This document shows positions 57,518-64,000 of a stretch of DNA of 64,000 nucleotides, one piece after another. Position 1 is the stretch's first letter; every line of letters begins with the position of its first letter. The notes below the pieces were generated by a model, which searched no databases, was not told where the DNA came from, and saw only the letters and a program-made list of their open reading frames with translations. The position numbers were made by a program, and so were the translations under genes. Source of the DNA: Deltaproteobacteria bacterium. GTDB taxonomy: Bacteria; Desulfobacterota; Binatia; UBA9968. The DNA is taken from positions 164 to 64,163 of the forward strand of contig JACQUW010000216.1 in the NCBI GenBank assembly GCA_016210115.1. Direction: 5' to 3'.

Positions 57518-58179
57518 AAACAAACGGGCCAGGCGTTGTTCGCCCGCCGCCTTCCATTCTTGTGATTAGAGCCGATCAGGACCGTGTAGAGAGATAATTT
57601 GGAGAGCTTGTAAACCTCTTCCGTCTCGAGCCCCGTTGCATCGATAAATGGCTTGAGTTTCAGGTTCGTGCGCCAGCCCAACCGTCGGGTGACAGGATCC
57701 AAAGCTTGGGTCAGCGATCCCAACAACGGAAAATCGCTCGTGAAGTGATTGACGATGACGATTCGTCCGCCGGGCCGGCACACCCGCTTGACTTCTTGCA
57801 TCATTTTCACTGGATCGGGGACCACCGTCACCACGTGAAAAGCCATGACATAGTCGAAGCTGTTGTCGGGAAACTTCAGATCCATGGCATTCATTTCTAG
57901 TACTTTGAGGTGAGTCCACCGATTCTCTTCGATCTTCTGTTGGGCTCGGGCAAGCATATCGGGAGCGAGATCGATGCCGATAACTTCACAGTGACGTGGA
58001 TAGGCGGGAAAAGAAGTGCCGGTCCCAGCCCCTACCTCCAGGACCTTGGTACCACGAGGAATATCAAGCTCCTCGATGACGTATCTCAGACGCGAGTAAA
58101 AAATCTTGCCGAAGATCTTGTCGTAAAGAGGAGCGAATTCCGAATAGAGCTTGCTCTCGTGCGCTTCTATTTCACTCAT
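57514..58179 (-). CDS. Class I SAM-dependent methyltransferase (UbiE/PmtA-like)
   Basis: From MSEIEAHESKLY (SD GAGGGG): VLEVGAGTGTSF, VIGIDLAPDML and RPGGRIVIVNH. The ORF-track start at 58284 would overlap the upstream HTH gene. Confidence 0.8.
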   Translation of the reverse strand: MSEIEAHESKLYSEFAPLYDKIFGKIFYSRLRYVIEELDIPRGTKVLEVGAGTGTSFPAYPRHCEVIGIDLAPDMLARAQQKIEENRWTHLKVLEMNAMDLKFPDNSFDYVMAFHVVTVVPDPVKMMQEVKRVCRPGGRIVIVNHFTSDFPLLGSLTQALDPVTRRLGWRTNLKLKPFIDATGLETEEVYKLSKLSLYTVLIGSNHKNGRRRANNAWPVCF

Positions 58180-58214
58180 GAGTTCCCCTCGAGCCACCGC
58201 TAATCCCTTCAGGA

Positions 58215-58409
58215 TCAGGCCACTCCAACTTCCCTCGGTTGCTTCTTGCTGAAGGAAAAGATGTCCCGTTTCCTGAAACGCCACTGCTTTCCTTTTTTAA
58301 ATCCGGGCAATATATTTTTTCGCGCGAACTCGTTAACCGTGTCAGGACTCAGATCCAAAATCCGGGCGACTTCCCGGCTGTTTAACAGATCCTCTTCTCG
58401 ATCGAGCAT
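58215..58409 (-). CDS. Small excisionase/MerR-superfamily helix-turn-helix DNA-binding protein
   Basis: 64 aa. LLNSREVARILDLSPDTVNEFARKNILPGFKKGKQWRFRKRDI matches the HTH_17-type pattern. Confidence 0.65.
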   Translation of the reverse strand: MLDREEDLLNSREVARILDLSPDTVNEFARKNILPGFKKGKQWRFRKRDIFSFSKKQPREVGVA

Positions 58410-59026
58410 AAATCTCCCTGTGAGGACGACCTTCCGTTATCTGACCCGTCAGTTCCGGGGATCGAGGCGAATAACACGAACTCTGCAGAACCGGAAGATA
58501 AGCCTCGGTAAAAAAGAACCCAGGAGCAGTCAGGCACACTGAGTTTGTGGTGCTTGGCCATACCTTTCAGTTCGTTCCTCGATGTCGCTTCAGAGCGGCA
58601 GTTGAAGGCCGCCTCAAGGCACAGGCCCAGGGGCCCTCGACTGGAGGGGCTCGTCGCGAGGGCGTCGCTTAGCCGCCATGAAATCAGGCTAACTGGCCAG
58701 ATTTTTTTTACCAAGTTCGCTCCGGGGTGTCAAGGCGGGAAAGTCAGTGTCAGTCGCGCCCCGACCACCGTGGAGCCAAGATTGTTCATCAGGACACCCC
58801 CCCGGGAGATTTTGTTTGCATGTTGCCGGTTCGAGCCTGTATTCTCAGGCGTGCCCGTTGCGCTTCAGTGCGAGGTGTGGCGCCGCCGCTCAGAGCCGCC
58901 AGCCTCTCAACGGTCGAGTCACGCGGCTGCAAAAGGGTCACGAAAACGCGCGGCTGACTTGGTACAGCGGTTGCGGCTTTTTGTGAGTTCCTTTAGCATA
59001 GCATCAGTGCTTCCTCTCTGCCTGCA

Positions 59027-62000
59027 ATGCGGCAAATCATGAAATTGGCCAGTTTGGCCGCGATCGCCCTGCTTCTTTTGCTCACCGTTCTTTTGATTGC
59101 TTTTTACAGTGTGATTCACCCCGCGGAGCTGCGGCGTCTTCTGATCTCCGAGGTGGAGAAGCGAACCGGGCTGCAGGCCCGGGTCGGAGAGGCAAGCATC
59201 CGGATGGGATGGGTTCTCGGGATCTCCTTTAACGACTTTGCGCTGACGGAGCCTGGGAAAACGGGGCCGGTGGCGACGGCTGAGAAAATCGTGCTCCGGG
59301 TAGGGGTTCGCCCTCTTCTGGAAGGCCGCATGCTGTTCAACGAGATTCGTCTTTACCGTCTCAAGTTGCTGCTACTCCGCGACGAAGCGGGCAAAGTCGC
59401 CCTTTTGGATTTTTTTTTGAACCTTTCTTTTCTGAAGCGGATAGAGGCCGATTTCGCGCTTGATTTGCGCAGAATAAGATTTGAAGAGGCGGAGGTCACC
59501 TTGGTGAATCGTCAAGGAGATCAACAATCCCTTGTTGCGCGTCTCGATGGGATGGAGTTGAGTCTTCAACGGATTCCAGCCGCGAAGATCGGGAATGAGA
59601 CCGGCAGATTGCCGCTCCGGAGGAGGCCCGAGGGGATCGGTGAATTTGGCATCGAGTTCAATCTCCGGGCCGCCCTGGAGAAAGAAGGCGCTCGTGGCGG
59701 GTTGATGACAAAGGGAAAAATACTTTTTCCCGTGGATGGCTTTGACTTTCGTAAAGCGTGGTTCGAGGCGGAAGCTCAGATGGAAAATTTGATGGCCGGC
59801 CAGTTCTGGGACTATTACGCGCCGCATATGCCGCGAACGTCTATCCGTGGGATTCTCGCACCACGGTTTCAGTGGAAAGGAAGTCTGGCGCAGGGAGGGC
59901 ATTTGAAAGGAGAAGTTGTCTTTAAGCGCCTTGAGATTCGGGCGGCCGAGCTCTTTGCCGCGGAAATCGCACCGGGAGACGGCCGGATCGGCATTGAGGT
60001 CGCCTGGAATCCGAGAGAGATTCGTTTCTCACAATTCGATTTCCATTCCAACGATCTCACTCTGTCGGCTGCGGGGACCTTGCGCGATCTCGCTCAGAAA
60101 GACCCGTACGTGGAATTGCGACTCACGACGCCCTTTCTTCCGTTGCCGGCGGTGCGGAAGTATTTTCTCTTAAGAAGTCATCAATCGTCCGCCTGGGGAT
60201 CATGGATCAAGGCGCTGAATCAAGGAGAGATCAGATTGGTTAAGGCGGGCGTGGCCGGCCAGTTTTCCAAATTGTTTCAGGCCGGCGGGTCCAGCACCCA
60301 AGATCAGTTCTGGTTTGAAGCGGAACTCCGTGAGGCGAGTCTGGATTTTCCCGGCGACTCTTATCTGCCCGTAAGGCGGGCGAATGGTCGTCTCGCTTTG
60401 GAGAAGGGAAGTTTGCAGTGCAAAGGCATCACCGCCATGTACGGCAATTCGCGAATTGTGGAGATCGAGGGCGTCTATAAGGGTTTTTTTGAAGAGCGGG
60501 GGCTGCTTGATTTCCGTCTACAGGCCGAGTTGGATCTCGCGGAATTCAGACAGCAGGTGAACACCGATGCGCTCCCTTTTTTCAGCCCAAAACTATCAAC
60601 GATGCTCCGGGAGCTCAACGGAAAGGCGAGATTGGCACTTACGCTGCAGAAGGCACCAGAGTCCCCCTATCAGTACAATGGCAAGCTCTCATTGGAAAAC
60701 GCGCGGGCGCGCCTGGGCGAGATCACGCTCACTCAGCTTAAGGGGGACTTGTCCTTTTCGCCCCAGGAGCTCCAGGCGAATCGAATGACGGCTCTTCTAG
60801 CCGGGTTTCCCGTTAATATACGCCTTGGCTTGAAAGACTACGCCTCCTCTACCGGGACGTTTGACCTCACCGCCGACTCGTCGGGAATCAGGACCGGCGT
60901 CGTCACGGCGCTTTTGTTCGCTGCCGGTTCTCCCGAGGACGCCGGCGCGATCCGCGGCACACTCCGGTATCAGGGCTCCCTTGCCTCCAGTGAATATAGA
61001 AAGCTCAGCGGCGCTCTGGAGGTCTCCGACGCCCGCTTCACATTGGCCGGAAAATCGCTTGAATCGGTGAACGGGAAAGTCCAATTCGATTCTGAGCGCG
61101 TCAATTTTCAGGGCGTGAGCGGCCGAATTTTCGAAACCGACTTCGACCTGAGCGGCCAATGGCGATTTTTAGAGAAGCCCCAGTTTGTCTTTGTCCTCAG
61201 CTTTCCGGACGTGGATCTGGATTCGTTCCTCGCCCGGATTGCTCCTGAATCTCAGGAGGGGTACGACCGTTTGCAGGCAAGAGGCAAGGTTTACGCGGCG
61301 AAAGCAAAATACGAACGGTTTGACATTACGGACGTCAAAACCGATCTCGTGCTGGAGCGGAGAACATGGCGCCTGGAAAATTTTTCCGCGCGCTCTTCCG
61401 GCGGAACCGTGCAAGGGAAAGGCCTCATTGATGATGGCCCCGAACGCCTGGGTTACGCCTTTGAGTCGAAAATCCAGGGCGTTCCTGTTCAGAATTTTCT
61501 CGGCTGGTTCGGCATGGAGGTGAAAGAGATTACGGGGAATGTGCATTTTGCGGGCAATTTTGAGTCGCGTGGTAAGACGCGAGCGGAGAGAAAAAACAAT
61601 CTCAACGGCGGCTTTCAGCTTGAGATTAAAGAAGGCACTTTGAAACGCGTGCGCGTTTTGGTCCAGATCCTCAACATCGTGGATCTTTCGCGCTGGTTCT
61701 CATTGAGGCTTCCCGATCTTAATAAAGAGGGCATCCACTTCCGCCGGATCACCGGAGATTTCAAGGTTTCTCAGGGGCTCTATGTGACCGAAAATCTTTT
61801 TGTGGACAGTGACGATCTGCGCATTACCGGAGCCGGCAAGGTGGACGGCGTCAAAGGGGAGATCGACTTTGTGATTGCCGTACGTCCATTTCCGGGAATG
61901 GACTCTGCGGTGAGCTTCATTCCGCTCCTCGGCACAGGTTTGGCGGCGATCAAGAATTCGTTTTTGGTCGCGAGTTTCAGGGTTCAAGGACCCATCGAAA

Positions 62001-62107
62001 ATCCGAGCGTAACGCCAGCCCCGCTCAGCACTCTCTCGGAATTCTTTTTCGGCGCTCTCGCCATTCCCAAAGGAATCATAGGAATTCCAGCGGAACAGAA
62101 AAAGTGA
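59027..62107 (+). CDS. AsmA-family / YhdP-like giant envelope protein
   Basis: 1026 aa. N-terminal anchor KLASLAAIALLLLLTVLLIAF, a long beta-rich body, and a C-terminal AsmA_2/DUF3971-like end ...ITGAGKVDGVKGEIDFVIAVRPF...VASFRVQGPIENPSV. Confidence 0.8.
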   Translation: MRQIMKLASLAAIALLLLLTVLLIAFYSVIHPAELRRLLISEVEKRTGLQARVGEASIRMGWVLGISFNDFALTEPGKTGPVATAEKIVLRVGVRPLLEGRMLFNEIRLYRLKLLLLRDEAGKVALLDFFLNLSFLKRIEADFALDLRRIRFEEAEVTLVNRQGDQQSLVARLDGMELSLQRIPAAKIGNETGRLPLRRRPEGIGEFGIEFNLRAALEKEGARGGLMTKGKILFPVDGFDFRKAWFEAEAQMENLMAGQFWDYYAPHMPRTSIRGILAPRFQWKGSLAQGGHLKGEVVFKRLEIRAAELFAAEIAPGDGRIGIEVAWNPREIRFSQFDFHSNDLTLSAAGTLRDLAQKDPYVELRLTTPFLPLPAVRKYFLLRSHQSSAWGSWIKALNQGEIRLVKAGVAGQFSKLFQAGGSSTQDQFWFEAELREASLDFPGDSYLPVRRANGRLALEKGSLQCKGITAMYGNSRIVEIEGVYKGFFEERGLLDFRLQAELDLAEFRQQVNTDALPFFSPKLSTMLRELNGKARLALTLQKAPESPYQYNGKLSLENARARLGEITLTQLKGDLSFSPQELQANRMTALLAGFPVNIRLGLKDYASSTGTFDLTADSSGIRTGVVTALLFAAGSPEDAGAIRGTLRYQGSLASSEYRKLSGALEVSDARFTLAGKSLESVNGKVQFDSERVNFQGVSGRIFETDFDLSGQWRFLEKPQFVFVLSFPDVDLDSFLARIAPESQEGYDRLQARGKVYAAKAKYERFDITDVKTDLVLERRTWRLENFSARSSGGTVQGKGLIDDGPERLGYAFESKIQGVPVQNFLGWFGMEVKEITGNVHFAGNFESRGKTRAERKNNLNGGFQLEIKEGTLKRVRVLVQILNIVDLSRWFSLRLPDLNKEGIHFRRITGDFKVSQGLYVTENLFVDSDDLRITGAGKVDGVKGEIDFVIAVRPFPGMDSAVSFIPLLGTGLAAIKNSFLVASFRVQGPIENPSVTPAPLSTLSEFFFGALAIPKGIIGIPAEQKK

Positions 62108-62376
62108 TGGCCAAGCTTACGCTGTACACGCGAAAAGAGTGTTGTCTCTGCGAGGAGATGAAAAAGGTCGTGTGGAAAGTGGCCGCCGAATTTGCTTTAG
62201 GCGTCGATGAGGTGGACGTGGATGGCGCCGTAGAGTTGAGACAACAGTACGGCGAAGAAGTCCCGGTTCTCTTGATCAACGACCGCAGGGCATTCAAGTA
62301 CCGCGTTACGGCCGGAGAGCTGAGAAAGAAGTTGAGGAGAGAGGCCGTTTCTCACCCGGCAGGCAGCAAGCGGTAG
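62107..62376 (+). CDS. Glutaredoxin-like protein (DUF836 / YruB-type)
   Basis: MAKLTLYTRKECCLCEEMK (CxxC) ...VDVD...YGEEVPVLLIND. Its ATG overlaps the AsmA-like stop (TGATG). Confidence 0.8.
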   Translation: MAKLTLYTRKECCLCEEMKKVVWKVAAEFALGVDEVDVDGAVELRQQYGEEVPVLLINDRRAFKYRVTAGELRKKLRREAVSHPAGSKR

Positions 62377-62607
62377 GCGGTGGCGGAGCCTGGGAAAAAA
62401 AGCGCTCGATGAGTCCGAACAAGCGCCCTCCCCGGTCTTTCCCGCCAACTGGCGAGGGATTTGTTTTCGGCAAACGTGCGATCTACAGCGAATAGCAGTG
62501 GCGCGATGAGATGCATAGCCGAGCACCATAGACGTCATCGAAGTTGCACGTTCCCTTCGACTCCGCTGGACAGGCCTGTGCTCTCTCTTCAAGGCTCACC
62601 CCTCGGG

Positions 62608-63672
62608 CTAATACGGTGGAAGCGGGCCGGGACCGGCGATTTTTTTGAATAACTCGATGATGCCGGCGTCACGGGGAAGCTCCCGAACGACCTTGTCCAG
62701 CGCCTCGGGCATGAGGGGCGTCGAATCTTCGCCGGTCAGCTTCTTGAATTCCTTATGGAACTCGGGATCATTGAATGTCCTGCGCATCGCTTCCTGCAGT
62801 ATTTTGACCTTGTCTGCCGGAGTGCGCGGAGGAAGGATAAAGGGAGCACCCGCGATCTTAAAAGCACGTTGAAGAACAAGCAGCTTGCGTTCCATGTCCG
62901 ATCTCGCAAAAGTCTCCAGTTCGGGAAGATGAGCGAAGTGAGGATGCTTTTCTCCCTTGGGAACCTCGAATATGACATGGAAATCCATGAGGTTTCTCTC
63001 CACCCAATCACGGTTTCGTCTCATCACCGTATCGGTGCTGCTCGACCTGGCGTCAATTTCCCCCCGCACGATGGCGACGTCCAGCTCCGGACCCGAGTAT
63101 GCGGTGATGAACCGCGGCTCTTTTAGGCCGACAATCCGGGCGAACAGCCTTCCTTCTAGATAGGTGGCCGAGCCCACAGCGTGCGCCCCCACCCTGATAC
63201 CGGAGGCGTCACGGAGCTTTTCCAAACTGTGGAGACCGACCTCTCTTCTGCTCAAAAAGAGCGCATGATAACTGCTATAAGGTGAGCCCAGATAGATAAG
63301 CTTTTCCAAATCATACTGCACACCCGTCTCACCCAGCACAGCATTGGCCACAAGTCCGGTTCCGACGTTTCCGATGTTCAAACCGTCCGGGCGGGCAGAG
63401 TGGTAGATGTGGTTGGCGGCCTTTCTCCCTCCCCCGCCTGGCATATATTCGCTCGCGATCATTGGGCTCCCCGGGATGTACTTCCTGAGGAAAGGAATCA
63501 CGGCTCTGACGCGCATGTCGCCGGTTCCTCCAGGCTGCCTTCCCTGAATGATTGTGATATTCTTACCCTTGTAAAAATCAGCCTGCGCTCGGACTCTCTC
63601 GGACACGAGCAGAAAAGCCACCGCGAGCCCTAAACAGGCCAGAATTGGCCGGCGCGGTTCTTTGATTTTCAT
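62608..63672 (-). CDS. Bug/TctC-family (tripartite tricarboxylate transporter) solute-binding protein
   Basis: SD AGGAGG before ATG 63672, then a signal peptide. FYKGKNITIIQGRQPGGTGD...IPGSPMIASEYMPGGGGRKAANHIY...DGLNIG. Confidence 0.8.
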   Translation of the reverse strand: MKIKEPRRPILACLGLAVAFLLVSERVRAQADFYKGKNITIIQGRQPGGTGDMRVRAVIPFLRKYIPGSPMIASEYMPGGGGRKAANHIYHSARPDGLNIGNVGTGLVANAVLGETGVQYDLEKLIYLGSPYSSYHALFLSRREVGLHSLEKLRDASGIRVGAHAVGSATYLEGRLFARIVGLKEPRFITAYSGPELDVAIVRGEIDARSSSTDTVMRRNRDWVERNLMDFHVIFEVPKGEKHPHFAHLPELETFARSDMERKLLVLQRAFKIAGAPFILPPRTPADKVKILQEAMRRTFNDPEFHKEFKKLTGEDSTPLMPEALDKVVRELPRDAGIIELFKKIAGPGPLPPY

Positions 63673-63765
63673 TTCACACCTCCTGAACCGGTTTAAATAT
63701 GTTCGCGGGGAGTCAGCAGCGGACCCGAGCTTCATCACCGTCGCTGAAGACTTCCAGGGTTTCTC

Positions 63766-64000
63766 TCAGCGGATACTTGACGATTCATCGATTCCGAGCA
63801 GTCTCTCTGTCTGGAGAGCCGCGCGGTGCTTTTCCGTGCCCGCCCAGTCGATGGTTAGCCCATTTTCATCCAAAACTACTCCGTAGATTTTGTGGGCCAC
63901 TTGGACGGAAATGATGCCGTCATTGATGTCGTCCAGTACCAGTTGAGGGTCTCGTTCCAGGGGATCGCCATACCCTCCGCCGCTGGCCATTCTCATGTAG
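63766..64000 (-). CDS. Hydantoinase B / oxoprolinase-family protein, C-terminal end (gene truncated by the window edge)
   Basis: ...ASGGGYGDPLERDPQLVLDDINDGIISVQVAHKIYGVVL is the conserved HyuB/OplaH C-terminus. Confidence 0.8.
   Translation of the reverse strand, partial: YMRMASGGGYGDPLERDPQLVLDDINDGIISVQVAHKIYGVVLDENGLTIDWAGTEKHRAALQTERLLGIDESSSIR

Noticed and set aside
58822-58846. tRNA T-arm-like string GCCGGTTCGAGCCTG
   Set aside because: The flanks cannot form a T-stem (GCCGG would need CCGGC but CTGTA follows). No acceptor, D or anticodon arms can be drawn.
58410-59026. Possible RNase P RNA, tmRNA, SRP/4.5S or 6S RNA in the long spacer
   Set aside because: I looked for GAGGAAAGUCC and ACAGAACCCGGCUUA (RNase P), the tmRNA 5' GGGG... 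and 3' ...UCCACCA with a tag ORF, and the SRP GGAA tetraloop with its symmetric loop. Only loose resemblances turned up (GGGAAAGTCAG, CCGGAAGATAAGCC), which is insufficient.
58545-59042. 165-aa plus-strand ORF in the HTH/AsmA spacer
   Set aside because: Its composition is Arg/Ser/Pro/Ala-rich, it has no SD, and it runs through a hairpin plus T8 tract and into the AsmA-like start. It is treated as non-coding; see the finding on this spacer.

Overview
All calls come from reading the ORF track and the DNA by eye. No similarity search or folding was run, so product names rest on remembered family motifs.

The window looks like a mostly housekeeping chromosomal segment of a moderately GC-rich diderm bacterium. 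Sampled coding lines count about 55-60% G+C. Diderm markers are MlaFED, an AsmA/YhdP-like protein, an RND pump with its adaptor, lipobox lipoproteins and a PEP-CTERM protein. I support about 55 protein genes.

**Core metabolism and translation**
- An AGXT-type aminotransferase followed by serA, then purA.
- rplU-rpmA-obg-proB-proA-nadD-rsfS-gpmI.
- purM-purN.

**Envelope and stress genes**
- A yqjD/E/K-like module, ggt and an HtrA-type protease.
- tatA-mlaEFD, an AsmA/YhdP-like gene, and RND plus MFP.
- A Gtr/Arn-like glycosylation cluster.

**Accessory-looking stretches**
- A sigma-54-driven PEP-CTERM gene next to a subtilase.
- Two paralogous 'membrane domain + spermidine-synthase-like' fusion proteins, each beside a secreted protease gene.
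- A five-gene operon on the minus strand: a hydantoinase-like and an isochorismatase-like hydrolase, both with substituted catalytic residues, two unrelated orphan solute-binding proteins, and an MFS permease.
- A decayed C-terminal fragment of a DUF1998/MZB helicase next to a roughly 600-bp non-coding scar.

I recognised no rRNA, tRNA, CRISPR array, transposase, integrase or prophage gene. I did not find a clear-cut novel multi-gene system such as a defence island. The most unusual items are the fusion-protein/protease pairs and the atypical hydrolase/SBP/MFS operon.
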